Source: Gammaproteobacteria bacterium
GTDB taxonomy: Bacteria > Pseudomonadota > Gammaproteobacteria > Eutrophobiales > Eutrophobiaceae
Assembly: GCA_965222155.1 (NCBI GenBank)
Contig: CBDCTH010000012.1
Coordinates: forward strand, 928,001 to 992,000
Direction: 5' to 3'
DNA: 64,000 bases
This document shows, piece after piece, positions 1-10,351 of the stretch (position 1 is the first letter of the stretch; each line of letters begins with the position of its first letter). The position numbers were made by a program, and so were the translations under genes. The notes under the pieces are model-generated. The model was given only the letters and a program-made list of their open reading frames with translations. It searched no databases and was not told the origin of the DNA.

Positions 1-1
1 C

Positions 2-3000
2 GACCTGGAGAGGGACGACTTCATCTTCAGTGGTAGTGGCGAGGATGACGATGATGATGACACGGACGATGACGATGACGCTACCAGCGCCGGTGACTCG
101 GATCCGGATCGCCTGCACGGCAGCGCCAGAGACGACAAACTGGACGGCAAGGCCGGCAACGACGTGTTATACGGCAGTCGTGGCGACGACGTGCTTAATG
201 GCGGCCCCGGTGTAGACAGCTTTGAGGGCGGCCCTGGCAACGACGTGATCCAGGTCGATTATTCCGACTTCACTGATGGGAAGGCGTCCCCCAACACCGG
301 AGACAGAATGCAGAAAGGCGTCATCGATGGTGGCGAGAGCCCCGAGGGAGACCGCGATACCCTGTCTTTTGTAAATTTTAAAGATGAGGACGGCGATGGA
401 GTGGGAGTCAAAGTGCTATTGGATAAGGCCGCTGGCACAGTGACCTATAAAACGGACGGTACAGTAATGAATCTCTTCAAAAACATCGAGAACCTCATCG
501 GCAGCGACTACGAAGATGTCCTGACCGGCGATGACGGCGATAACGTCATTGAAGGCGGCGGCGATGATGACAAGCTGGATGGCGGCAAGGGCACTGATAC
601 CGTTTCCTACCGGCATTCGCCTAGCAGCGTCACGGTGACGATTAAGCGCAGTGCTGAGAGCAGCGGTTTCAAAGGTGACGCTGCCGGCGATACCCTGAAG
701 AATTTTGAAAACATCATCGGCTCCGACTACGCCGACATACTGACCGGCGATAACGGCGATAACGTCATTGAAGGCGGCAAAGGCGGCGACACACTGGATG
801 GCGGCGGTGCTAAGGATACCCTGTCCTACCAGGGTTCCAGCGCCGGCGTAACGATTGACCTGAACCAGGGAACCGGGGATTTTGATGCCCTGAATAATAC
901 CATCAAGACCAGCAGCGGCGGTGACGCCGCAGGAGATAAAGTCAAATCCGGGTCCTTTACAGATATCATCGGCTCGCCCCAGCGCGATACCCTGAGCGGC
1001 GATAACAAAGACAACATGATCAGGGGCGGCGGCGGTAGTGACACGCTGAGCGGTGATAGTGGTGATGACAAGCTGATAGGTGGCCCCGGCGGAGATACCC
1101 TGAACGGTGGAACAGGGGATGATACTGCCTCCTACACAGAAGCCATGGCCGGAGTCACGCTGGACCTGAGCACAGGCAGGGGCACGGCAGGTGAGGCCGC
1201 AGGCGACCGCTGGACTATCGGCACTAATCAGGATATCGAAAAATTCGTGGGTTCAGGTCACGACGATAAGTTCATCGCCGGAAAGGATGTAGACGATATA
1301 GTCGGCGGCGACGGCAACGACACCGTATCCTACGAGAAATCCAGAAAAAGTGTCGAGGTGGGCTTGACTGATACGGATGCGCAGGCGCAGGGTGCCACAG
1401 GTTCTTTTGACAATGAGGACAACTACGCCAGAGGGGACATCCTGATCGGTATCGAAAATATCATCGGCTCCAACGTCAGTTCCGGCGCCGCCGACGCGTC
1501 CCATGATAAGCTGACCGGTAACGGCGCTGCCAACGTCATCGAAGGGCGCGGCGGCAATGACACGCTGAACGGTGGTGACGGCGCTGACACGCTGGACGGC
1601 GGCAGCGGCAATGACACGCTGGACGGTGGCGCTGACGCTGACATACTGATTGGCGGGCGCGGCGCCGATACGCTGACCGGCAATGGTGGCGCTGATACCT
1701 TCAAGTTTACCTCCGGGGATGGCAAGGACACGATCTCAGACTTCAGTTCTGGTACTGATAAGATTGATCTGAGCGCATACAGGAGCCTGCACTTTGTGAC
1801 TGAGAAATCAGACAATGTGAATACCATTGACCTGCCAGGCAGCGCTGAGATCATACTGACTGGTGTCAACGTAGCCAACCTGGCGGCAGGTGACATCATC
1901 TTCTACAACCGCGACGCCGACAATACCTTGCGCGGCGATAGCAAGGGTAACAGGATCTGGGGCGGTAAAGGCAATGACCGGATATCCGGTTCAGGGGGTA
2001 ACGATATCTTGGAAGGTGGCGAAGGCAATGACAACCTGAAAGGCGATGCCGGTGTTGACAAACTGAAGGGCGACGCTGGAGATGATACTCTGGAAGGCGG
2101 TGCCGACGCAGATAACCTGCACGGCGGAGTCGGCACGGATACCTTGTCTTATGAAGGGTCGCCCAGAGGTAATACCACAAGTGAAAATTCAAATCCACGC
2201 ACGGGTGTCACGGTAACGCTGAATTCTAATCCTAATTCTGGTGACAACACAGGAACCCATGCAGATGGGGATACTATTAGTGGCTTTGAGAACGTCACCG
2301 GCAGCCGCTACGATGATATGCTGACCGGTGACGCCACCGCCAACGTCATCAAGGGCGGCAGCGGCAATGACACGCTGGACGGGGGCGGTGGCAATGACAC
2401 TCTGGAGGGCGGCGCCGGCAATGACATCCTGAGGGGTAGCAGTGATACTGATACCTTGTCCTATGAGAGCTCCAGTTCCAGCGTGCGTATTGACCTGAGC
2501 GAGGGAGCTACGACAACAGATGGTGTCATCTACATCAAGACCAGCAGCGGCGGTCACGCCACGGGTGATAAAGTGACTCATGGCCACTTCGTGAATATCA
2601 TCGGCTCCCGCAGCGGCGACACCTTGACCGGTAATGATTCCCGCAACACACTCGACGGGCGCGCCGGCAATGACACACTGACCGGGGGCGTCGGCAATGA
2701 TACCCTGAAAGGCGGCACCGGGACAGACACGCTGGACGGGGGTAAAGACGATGATATCCTGCAAGGCGACGCCGGCAATGACACGCTGGGCGGGGGCGAA
2801 GGCAATGACACGCTGGACGGGGGCGCCGGCGCTGATAAGTTAGACGGTGGCGCGGGGACTGATATTGCCTCCTACGCCAGCGCAACGGAGGGCGTCACGG
2901 TGGATCTGACAGGCGGCAGCAGGGGCCAGGGCGATGCTGCAAGAGACCGGTTTACCAGTATCGAGGAATTTGTGGGGTCTGGCCACGATGATACGTTTAT

Positions 3001-3985
3001 CGCCAGTAAGGATGCCGACGAGATCAATGGTGGCGAAGGTGTTGATACCGTCTCCTACGAGTTATCGAAAGAAGGCGTTAGAGTAAATCTGGCAGTTGGA
3101 GTTGGTGAAGCCGATGATGCTGAAGGCGCACCTCTTAATATCCCTGAAGGTAGTTACGCTGCGGGAGACGAGTTTAAGAGCATTGAGAACGTCACCGGGT
3201 CCGCTCACGCGGATACGCTGACTGCAGCTGCAGGCGGCAGCGTCATCAACGGTGGCAAGGGTGATGACGTGCTCAACGGCGGCACCGGCGCTGACACCTT
3301 CGTCTTTGCCTCCGGTGATGGCGAAGACGAAGTAAAAGATTTCAGCAGTAATGACAAGATTGACTTGAGCGCTTTCACCAGTATCGCATCCATGGATGAC
3401 CTTAAGGGCGAGATATCCAAAAGACGCGATGGCGCGGATACGGAAATTGACCTGCCGGGGGGCGGGGAGATCACGCTGATCGACTTCAACAAAGATTTAA
3501 CTGATGACGACTTCATCTTCTACACCAAACCTATCAGCGGCAACATCGGCGATCGCTTCAATAACGAAATTAACGGCGGCCGCGGCGCAGATACGCTGTA
3601 CGGCGAAGCCGGCAATGATACCCTGAACGGCGGCGCCGGCAACGACGAGCTATACGGCGGCGAAAACAACGACACGCTGACCGGCGGCGAGGGAGACGAC
3701 ATACTCGACGGCGGCCCCGGCGCTGACATCTTCGTCTTTACCCCCGGCAGCGGGAATGACTACATCATGGATTTCAACAGCAGGAAGGACTCTAGTAATG
3801 ACCCTGATAGTGTTGACAAGATAGACCTAAGTGCTTTTGACATCGACAACTTGGGCAATATATCCAGCAAAATAACCACGGAAGGTGATAATGCTGTGAT
3901 TGACCTGACTGAAGATGGCGGAGGCACGATTACACTCCTGGGTGTAACCGAGGAATTGATTCCCAACGACTTTATTTTTTCCTAA
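2..3985 (+). CDS. Large RTX (hemolysin-type Ca-binding) repeat protein, probable type I secretion substrate; 5' end lies outside the window
   Basis: Many GGxGxDxLx nonapeptides and DTVSY...VTVDL...GDAAGD...IENIIGS modules; C-terminal DKIDLSAF...GGGTITL...DFIFS. The frame is open from position 2 ([20 protein letters not shown]...), so the start called at 164 is not the real start. Confidence 0.9.
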   Translation, partial: DLERDDFIFSGSGEDDDDDDTDDDDDATSAGDSDPDRLHGSARDDKLDGKAGNDVLYGSRGDDVLNGGPGVDSFEGGPGNDVIQVDYSDFTDGKASPNTGDRMQKGVIDGGESPEGDRDTLSFVNFKDEDGDGVGVKVLLDKAAGTVTYKTDGTVMNLFKNIENLIGSDYEDVLTGDDGDNVIEGGGDDDKLDGGKGTDTVSYRHSPSSVTVTIKRSAESSGFKGDAAGDTLKNFENIIGSDYADILTGDNGDNVIEGGKGGDTLDGGGAKDTLSYQGSSAGVTIDLNQGTGDFDALNNTIKTSSGGDAAGDKVKSGSFTDIIGSPQRDTLSGDNKDNMIRGGGGSDTLSGDSGDDKLIGGPGGDTLNGGTGDDTASYTEAMAGVTLDLSTGRGTAGEAAGDRWTIGTNQDIEKFVGSGHDDKFIAGKDVDDIVGGDGNDTVSYEKSRKSVEVGLTDTDAQAQGATGSFDNEDNYARGDILIGIENIIGSNVSSGAADASHDKLTGNGAANVIEGRGGNDTLNGGDGADTLDGGSGNDTLDGGADADILIGGRGADTLTGNGGADTFKFTSGDGKDTISDFSSGTDKIDLSAYRSLHFVTEKSDNVNTIDLPGSAEIILTGVNVANLAAGDIIFYNRDADNTLRGDSKGNRIWGGKGNDRISGSGGNDILEGGEGNDNLKGDAGVDKLKGDAGDDTLEGGADADNLHGGVGTDTLSYEGSPRGNTTSENSNPRTGVTVTLNSNPNSGDNTGTHADGDTISGFENVTGSRYDDMLTGDATANVIKGGSGNDTLDGGGGNDTLEGGAGNDILRGSSDTDTLSYESSSSSVRIDLSEGATTTDGVIYIKTSSGGHATGDKVTHGHFVNIIGSRSGDTLTGNDSRNTLDGRAGNDTLTGGVGNDTLKGGTGTDTLDGGKDDDILQGDAGNDTLGGGEGNDTLDGGAGADKLDGGAGTDIASYASATEGVTVDLTGGSRGQGDAARDRFTSIEEFVGSGHDDTFIASKDADEINGGEGVDTVSYELSKEGVRVNLAVGVGEADDAEGAPLNIPEGSYAAGDEFKSIENVTGSAHADTLTAAAGGSVINGGKGDDVLNGGTGADTFVFASGDGEDEVKDFSSNDKIDLSAFTSIASMDDLKGEISKRRDGADTEIDLPGGGEITLIDFNKDLTDDDFIFYTKPISGNIGDRFNNEINGGRGADTLYGEAGNDTLNGGAGNDELYGGENNDTLTGGEGDDILDGGPGADIFVFTPGSGNDYIMDFNSRKDSSNDPDSVDKIDLSAFDIDNLGNISSKITTEGDNAVIDLTEDGGGTITLLGVTEELIPNDFIFS

Positions 3986-4057
3986 GGCATATTCCAGAAC
4001 AACCCCTGGCGCCATTCTGACCTCACCGTCATTATGGCGCACCCAACATTCTGACAC

Positions 4058-4136
4058 AGGCCGGAATCCCCCCCGTCATTCCGGCGAATGCCGGAATCCC
4101 CTCCCCCCTGTCATTCCGGCGAATGCCGGAATCTAG
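4058..4136. repeat. REP/dRS3-like palindromic repeats GTCATTCCGGCGAATGCCGGAATC
   Basis: Two full copies and one partial copy here. The same motif occurs, often as inverted pairs, near 5100-5200, 21073-21166, 37457-37550, 50394-50489 and 63829-63890. Confidence 0.8.
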
Positions 4137-4262
4137 TAGATAACTTATCCCTTTATATAAGGAAAATTTATCAACTGGATTCCTGCCCCTGCTCAACGCC
4201 ATACAGGAGTCAAGGCAACCGCACACTTTCAGATTCTGCCTCTCAGGACAGAAAACCAGCCG

Positions 4263-5012
4263 TAACCCGGATTTCTCGCCAGGCGATGCGATGATTGCGC
4301 CGGATTTTTGATGTGTGCCCTTCAATAACTCCCGGGGACGTCCCGGGGACGGATTTCAAATCCGTCCCCTTATGCATTGTGGGCGTCCAAATCTGCTCCG
4401 GGCAAATTTGTCTGGTTGAGAGAGCATGTGCCCGCAGGCGGGAAAAATCCATCTGGAATGGATTTAGCCCGCATTTCTCACCAGTTCGCTTGTCGTCATC
4501 GGATAGTTGTTTGCTATCAATACGTTATGACGATCTTCTCACTATATCGACATAACAGACTACGCTTGATGCGCCCTCGCTTGTCTTTTTCCCGCCAGCG
4601 GGCACGTGTTCATTGCGCCCATCCCTGGGCGCAACCCTGCGGGCGGCTGTCGCCGTGCAAATTGTCTGTCCTGACAATTTGTCCCTCAACCAGAGCTACG
4701 GCTATGCTTTCGGTCGCAGGCACCCGCCGGCGGGAAAAATCCTGCGCGATCATCGCATCAACTGGTGAGAAATACGGGTTAGACACTCGCAGAGTGCCCG
4801 AAGGGGGCGCTCCAGAGCCTGCCCCCCTGCTTACAACCGCAGGGGCAAGCTCTGTATGGAGTTGAGCAGGGGGATGGAGCGCATTAAAAAAGACAAGCAA
4901 AGGCGTATCAAGCGCAGTCTGTTCGGGTGATATGCGAGGCATATTACCGTAACTTATTGACGGCAAACAAGTAGCCGATGACAACAAGCGGCCTGGTGAG
5001 AAATCCGGGGTA
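4263..5012. mobile_element. MITE family A (outer copy) carrying nested insertions
   Basis: Terminal inverted repeats TA-ACCCGGATTTCTCGCCAGG ... CCTGGTGAGAAATCCGGGG-TA; internal segments match the compact copy at 5415-5655. Confidence 0.75.
4465..4781. mobile_element. MITE family A (inner copy, opposite orientation) with a ~70 bp hairpin insert at ~4611-4683
   Basis: TA-GCCCGCATTTCTCACCAGTT ... AACTGGTGAGAAATACGGGT-TA; reverse complement of the 5415-5655 copy plus an insert. Confidence 0.8.
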
Positions 5013-5348
5013 ACACTCAGTCCGCCATGCCGACGAATACTTTCGCCTCGTCATGCCCGCGAATGCTCCCCGCCGTCATGCCGGTGAATGCCTTTATCGA
5101 CGTTCCGGCGAATGCCGGAATCCAGTCAATTAAAGAGCCGCTGCGCGGCGCCTTGTTCTACTGGATTTCAGCCTGCCTGCTGCGGGCAGGAGCCGGCATG
5201 ACGACAGGGGCATGCGCCGGATAGAATTGATGCCCTGTCGCGTCAAATTTTTTCCATAAATGACGAGACTTCGATTTCTCGGTCAACCCTACAGGATCCT
5301 TAGAATGACAGATAAAAGGGGTCGGTGACAAATGATATTCATTCTCAC

Positions 5349-5770
5349 CAGCCATTCCCGCTAAATCGAGGTCAATACAGAAGACAGGGGGGACAGATTT
5401 AAATCTGTCCCCTAGCCCGCATTTCTCACCAGTTGATGCGATGATCGCGCAGGATTTTTGCCCTCAGCGGGTGCCTGCGACCGAAAGTATAGCCGTAGCT
5501 CTGGTTGAGGGAGCACGTGCCCGCTGAGAGCAAAAAGACAAGCGAGGGCGCATCAAGCGCAGTCTGTTGTGTTGAGATAGTGAGCAGATTATCATAACGT
5601 ATTGATAGAAAACAACTATCCGATGACGACAAGCGAACTGGTGAGAAATGCGGGCTAGGAGTCCCGGGCATATTCTGACCATAAAGGGGCCTGTTTCCCT
5701 GGGAGGGAGGGCGTCTCGCCCTCCACGAGGGCAGGATATCCTCGGTCCCGGGAGTTAGCGGGAACTGCTG
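5349..5770. mobile_element. MITE family B (hybrid copy) interrupted by a MITE A
   Basis: Ends CAGCCATTCCCGCTAA ... TTAGCGGGAACTGCTG; the flanks are non-matching 9-mers (CATTCTCAC left, CTTTAACGG right). Confidence 0.8.
5415..5655. mobile_element. MITE family A, compact copy with TA target duplication
   Basis: Perfect TIR GCCCGCATTTCTCACCAGTT / AACTGGTGAGAAATGCGGGC flanked by TA at 5413-5414 and 5656-5657. Confidence 0.85.
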
Positions 5771-5888
5771 CTTTAACGGTTCAGGGGAACAGGCCAACCG
5801 CCTACTTTTATATAAATTTACTATCTCCAAACAGGCTCTCCGCCCGTCTTGCATCACGCTACCCGGCCTGCTTGCGTTTCCCCAAGGA

Positions 5889-5912
5889 TAAAAGGGGTCG
5901 CCGACCCCCTTT
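5889..5912 (-). terminator. Probable intrinsic terminator after nuclease copy 1 (same hairpin after copies 6, 7 and 8)
   Basis: On the minus strand AAAGGGGGTCGGCGACCCCTTTTA directly follows the stop codon: a GC stem followed by a T-run. Confidence 0.55.
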
Positions 5913-6606
5913 ATTCAAACACCCGGGGTGTAAAGTCCGTATCATTGATGATACAGGCACTGCTGCCGGTGGCCCGGATGACATACAACCCCTGCCGCTG
6001 TGCATACACCTCCGCGGCCTGCTCTGCCTGCAAATACGCCACTGCACCGTAGACCTGCTTGCCCCGGTACACCGGTTGATACTCCATGAACCTCCCCAGC
6101 TTGGCCAGAAACCGCTTCACGTGCTCGACGTTCAACGTGGTCTTTACCTCCACCACCACCAGTTCCGCCCCGTTCCCGGCCAGGATGTCAAACTCATAAT
6201 GCTCGCCATTGCGCCGACCCTTCACCCGGGGATAGGTGGACTCCACCCTGATGCCGCGCGCCTGCAACAGCGCCACCAGGTCCCCCTCCACCAGACTTTC
6301 CATCAGCTTGCCCCACTGCGTCGTAAACAACCCTTCCAGCTTCTTCATCCGCTTATCGATGCGCCGGTCGGTCTCCTTCATCTGCTTATCGATGCGCCGG
6401 TCGGTTTCCTTCATTTGCCGATCGGTTTCCTCCATCCGTTGTTCGATGCGGCGGTCGGTCTCCTTAAACAGTTTCCATATCTCTGCTATCTCCTGAGCAG
6501 ATTTCATCCTCTGCTGTTCTGTTTCTTCCTGCTTCTCGGAGACCTCTCGCAGGATAGCCCAGATATCTTCGGGGGTGGCGGGTGCTTGATGCAGTTTGTT
6601 TTCCAT
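5911..6606 (-). CDS. DUF3782-like coiled-coil + PD-(D/E)xK nuclease-fold protein, array copy 1 (231 aa)
   Basis: KETDR-type repeats, then GKLMES...EFDIL...VVEVKT motif; SD AGGAGG upstream. Confidence 0.85.
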   Translation of the reverse strand: MENKLHQAPATPEDIWAILREVSEKQEETEQQRMKSAQEIAEIWKLFKETDRRIEQRMEETDRQMKETDRRIDKQMKETDRRIDKRMKKLEGLFTTQWGKLMESLVEGDLVALLQARGIRVESTYPRVKGRRNGEHYEFDILAGNGAELVVVEVKTTLNVEHVKRFLAKLGRFMEYQPVYRGKQVYGAVAYLQAEQAAEVYAQRQGLYVIRATGSSACIINDTDFTPRVFE

Positions 6607-6650
6607 GATGACTTCCTCCTTTTCAGTTCAGGTAGCGTTTAAGAATAACC

Positions 6651-6659
6651 AGTATAACA
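6651..6659 (-). promoter_or_regulatory. Putative extended -10 promoter (TGTTATACT), repeated upstream of array copies 1-7
   Basis: TGnTATACT about 45 nt upstream of the ATG, in a leader that is identical in seven copies; no good -35 seen. Confidence 0.45.
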
Positions 6660-6791
6660 AATTTCCTGACTTTAACGGCAGGTGCTCCCGCTAAATCGAG
6701 GTCAATACAATTTAAGACAAGGGGGACAGATTTAAATCTATCCCCTGGAAGTTGGGTATGCTCTGACCACAAGGGGGCCTGTTTCCCTGTT

Positions 6792-7463
6792 TCAGTCAAA
6801 CACCCGGGGCGTAAAGTCCGTATCATTGATGATACTGGCACTGCTGCCGGTGGCCCGGATGACATACAACCCCTGCCGCTGTGCATACACCTCCGCGGCC
6901 TGCTCTGCCTGCAAATACGCCACTGCACCGTAGACCTGCTTGCCCCGGTACACCGGTTGATACGCCATGAACCTCCCCAGCTTGGCCAGAAACTGCTTCA
7001 CGTGGTCGACGTTCAACGTGGTCTTCACCTCCACCACCACCAGCTCCGCCCCGTTCCCGGCCAGGATGTCAAACTCATAATGCTCGCCATTGCGCCGACC
7101 CTTCACCCGGGGATAGGTGGACTCCACCCTGATGCCGCGCGCCTGCAACAGCGCCACCAGGTCCCCCTCCACCAGACTTTCCATCAGCTTGCCCCACTGC
7201 GTTGTAAACAACCCTTCCAGCTTCTTCATCCGCTTATCGATGCGCCGGTCGGTCTCCTTCATCTGCCGATCGGTTTCCTTCATCTGCCGGTCGGTTTCCT
7301 CCATATGTTGACGAGTCTCCTTAAACAGTTTCCATATCTCTGCTATCTCCCGAGCAGATTTCATCCTCTGCTGTTCTGATTCTTCCTGTTTCTCGGAGAC
7401 CTCTCGCAGGATAGCCCAGATATCTTCGGGGGTGGCGGGTGCTCGATGTAGTTCATTTTCCAT
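6792..7463 (-). CDS. Coiled-coil + PD-(D/E)xK protein, array copy 2 (223 aa)
   Basis: Near-identical paralog of copy 1 with a different module composition. Confidence 0.85.
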   Translation of the reverse strand: MENELHRAPATPEDIWAILREVSEKQEESEQQRMKSAREIAEIWKLFKETRQHMEETDRQMKETDRQMKETDRRIDKRMKKLEGLFTTQWGKLMESLVEGDLVALLQARGIRVESTYPRVKGRRNGEHYEFDILAGNGAELVVVEVKTTLNVDHVKQFLAKLGRFMAYQPVYRGKQVYGAVAYLQAEQAAEVYAQRQGLYVIRATGSSASIINDTDFTPRVFD

Positions 7464-7648
7464 GATGACTTCCTCCTTTTCAGTTCAGGTAGCGTTTAAG
7501 AATAACCAGTATAACAAATTTCCTGACTTTAACGGCAGGTGCTCCCGCTAAATCGAGGTCAATACAATTTAAGACAAGGGGGACAGATTTAAATCTATCC
7601 CCTGGAAGTTGGGTATGCTCTGACCACAAGGGGGCCTGTTTCCCTGTT

Positions 7649-8332
7649 TCAGTCAAACACCCGGGGCGTAAAGTCCGCATCATTGATGATACAGGCACTG
7701 CTGCCGGTGGCCCGGATGACATACAACCCCTGCCGCTGTGCATACACCTCCGCGGCCTGCTCTGCCTGCAAATACGCCACTGCACCGTAGACCTGCTTGC
7801 CCCGGTACACCGGTTGATACGCCATGAACCTCCCCAGCTTGGCCAGAAACTGCTTCACGTGGTCGACGTTCAACGTGGTCTTCACCTCCACCACCACCAG
7901 CTCCGCCCCGTTCCCGGCCAGGATGTCAAACTCATAATGCTCGCCATTGCGCCGACCCTTCACCCGGGGATAGGTGGACTCCACCCTGATGCCGCGCGCC
8001 TGCAACAGCGCCACCAGGTCCCCCTCCACCAGACTTTCCATCAGCTTGCCCCACTGCGTCGTAAACAACCCTTCCAGCTTCTTCATCCGCTTATCGATGC
8101 GCCGGTCGGTCTCCTTCATCTGCCGATCGGTTTCCTTCATTTGCCGATCGGTTTCCTCCATCCGTTGTTCGATGCGGCGGTCGGTCTCCTTAAACAGTTT
8201 CCATATCTCTGCTATCTCCTGAGCAGATTTCATCCTCTGCTGTTCTGTTTCTTCCTGCTTCTCGGAGACCTCTCGCAGGATAGCCCAGATCTCTTCAGGG
8301 GTGGCGGGTTCTTGAAGCAGTTTGTTTTCCAT
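7649..8332 (-). CDS. Coiled-coil + PD-(D/E)xK protein, array copy 3 (227 aa)
   Basis: Near-identical paralog. Confidence 0.85.
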   Translation of the reverse strand: MENKLLQEPATPEEIWAILREVSEKQEETEQQRMKSAQEIAEIWKLFKETDRRIEQRMEETDRQMKETDRQMKETDRRIDKRMKKLEGLFTTQWGKLMESLVEGDLVALLQARGIRVESTYPRVKGRRNGEHYEFDILAGNGAELVVVEVKTTLNVDHVKQFLAKLGRFMAYQPVYRGKQVYGAVAYLQAEQAAEVYAQRQGLYVIRATGSSACIINDADFTPRVFD

Positions 8333-8525
8333 GATGACTTCCTCCTTTTCAGTTCAGGTAGCGTTTAAGAATAACCAGTATAACAAATTTCCTGACTTTA
8401 ACGGCAGGTGCTCCCGCTAAATCGAGGTCAATACAGTGATTATAGTCGAATACTGGGGGACAGATTTAAATCTGTCCCCTGGAAGTTGGGTATGCTCTGA
8501 CCACAAGGGGGCCTGTTTCCCTGTT

Positions 8526-9218
8526 TCAGTCAAACACCCGGGGTGTAAAGTCCGTATCATTGATGATACAGGCACTGCTGCCGGTGGCCCGGATGACATA
8601 CAACCCCTGCCGCTGTGCATACACCTCCGCGGCCTGCTCTGCCTGCAAATACGCCACTGCACCGTAGACCTGCTTGCCCCGGTACACCGGTTGATACTCC
8701 ATGAACCTCCCCAGCTTGGCCAGAAACCGCTTCACGTGCTCGACGTTCAACGTGGTCTTCACCTCTACCACCACCAGCTCCGCCCCGTTCCCGGCCAGGA
8801 TGTCAAACTCATAATGCTCGCCATTGCGCCGACCCTTCACCCGGGGATAGGTGGACTCCACCCTGATGCCACGCGCCTGCAACAGCGCCACCAGGTCCCC
8901 CTCCACCAGACTTTCCATCAGCTTGCCCCACTGCGTTGTAAACAACCCTTCCAGCTTCTTCATCCGCTTATCGATGCGACGGTCGGTCTCCTTCATCTGC
9001 CGGTCAGTCTCCTTCATTTGCCGGTCGGTCTCCTTCATCTGCCGGTCGGTTTCCTCCATATGTTGACGAGTCTCCTTAAACAGTTTCCATATCTCTGCTA
9101 TCTCCCGAGCAGATTTCATCCTCTGCTGTTCTGTTTCTTCCTGCTTCTCGGAGACCTCTCGCAGGATAGCCCAGATATCTTCGGGGGTGGCGGGTGCTCG
9201 ATGCAGTTTATTTTCCAT
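8526..9218 (-). CDS. Coiled-coil + PD-(D/E)xK protein, array copy 4 (230 aa)
   Basis: Near-identical paralog. Confidence 0.85.
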   Translation of the reverse strand: MENKLHRAPATPEDIWAILREVSEKQEETEQQRMKSAREIAEIWKLFKETRQHMEETDRQMKETDRQMKETDRQMKETDRRIDKRMKKLEGLFTTQWGKLMESLVEGDLVALLQARGIRVESTYPRVKGRRNGEHYEFDILAGNGAELVVVEVKTTLNVEHVKRFLAKLGRFMEYQPVYRGKQVYGAVAYLQAEQAAEVYAQRQGLYVIRATGSSACIINDTDFTPRVFD

Positions 9219-9290
9219 GATGACTTCCTCCTTTTCAGTTCAGGTAGCGTTTAAGAATAACCAGTATAACAAATTTCCTGACTTTAACGG

Positions 9291-9485
9291 CAGGTGCTCC
9301 CGCTAAATCGAGGTCAATACAGTAATGTTTGCCGGATTCGAAGACAGGGGGGGACAGATTTAAATCTGTCCCCTGGAAGTTGGGCATGCTCTGACCACAA
9401 GGGGGCCTGTTTCCCTGGGAGGGAGGGGTCTAACCCTCCACGAGGGCAGGATGCCCTCGATCCCGGGAGCTAGCGGGAACTGCTG
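9291..9485. mobile_element. MITE family B (hybrid copy, reciprocal of 5349-5770)
   Basis: CAGGTGCTCCCGCTAA ... TAGCGGGAACTGCTG; left flank CTTTAACGG, right flank TATTCTCAC. Confidence 0.8.
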
Positions 9486-9574
9486 TATTCTCACTTGTCA
9501 CAGGAAAAAAGGGGTCGGTAAAAAATAGGGGCCGGACCCCGTTTTCCGCAAGGTCTGTCCCCTGTTTCCCTGTT

Positions 9575-10279
9575 TCAGTCAAACACCCGGGGTGTAAAGT
9601 CCGTATCATTGATGATACAGGCACTGCTGCCGGTGGCCCGGATGACATACAACCCCTGCCGCTGTGCATACACCTCCGCGGCCTGCTCTGCCTGCAAATA
9701 CGCCACTGCACCGTAGACCTGCTTGCCCCGGTACACCGGTTGATACTCCATGAACCTCCCCAGCTTGGCCAGAAACCGCTTCACGTGCTCGACGTTCAAC
9801 GTGGTCTTCACCTCCACCACCACCAGCTCCGCCCCGTTCCCGGCCAGGATGTCAAACTCATAATGCTCGCCATTGCGCCGACCCTTCACCCGGGGATAGG
9901 TGGACTCCACCCTGATGCCACGCGCCTGCAACAGCGCCACCAGGTCCCCCTCCACCAGACTTTCCATCAGCTTGCCCCACTGCGTTGTAAACAACCCTTC
10001 CAGCTTCTTCATCCGCTTATCGATGCGCCGGTCGGTCTCCTTCATCTGCCAGTCGGTTTCCTTCATTTGCCGATCGGTCTCTTTCATTTGCCGATCTGTT
10101 TCCTCCATCCGTTGTTCGATGCGGCGGTCGGTCTCCTTAAACAGTTTCCATATCTCTGCTATCTCCCGAGCAGATTTCATCCTCTGCTGTTCTGTTTCTT
10201 CCTGCTTCTCGGAGACCTCTCGCAGGATAGCCCAGATCTCTTCAGGGGTAGCGGGTGCTCGATGCAGTTTATTTTCCAG
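9575..10279 (-). CDS. Coiled-coil + PD-(D/E)xK protein, array copy 5 (234 aa if initiated at CTG)
   Basis: Full-length open frame; the ATG of the other copies is CTG here (gtcatcCTGgaaaat) behind the same SD. Confidence 0.75.
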   Translation of the reverse strand: MENKLHRAPATPEEIWAILREVSEKQEETEQQRMKSAREIAEIWKLFKETDRRIEQRMEETDRQMKETDRQMKETDWQMKETDRRIDKRMKKLEGLFTTQWGKLMESLVEGDLVALLQARGIRVESTYPRVKGRRNGEHYEFDILAGNGAELVVVEVKTTLNVEHVKRFLAKLGRFMEYQPVYRGKQVYGAVAYLQAEQAAEVYAQRQGLYVIRATGSSACIINDTDFTPRVFD

Positions 10280-10351
10280 GATGACTTCCTCCTTTTCAGT
10301 TCAGGTAGCGTTTAAGAATAACCAGTATAACAAATTTCCTGACTTTAACGG

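Noticed and set aside
4032-5857. Short ORFs in the repeat-rich intergenic region
   Set aside because: They lie wholly within MITE/REP sequence and recur wherever the elements occur.
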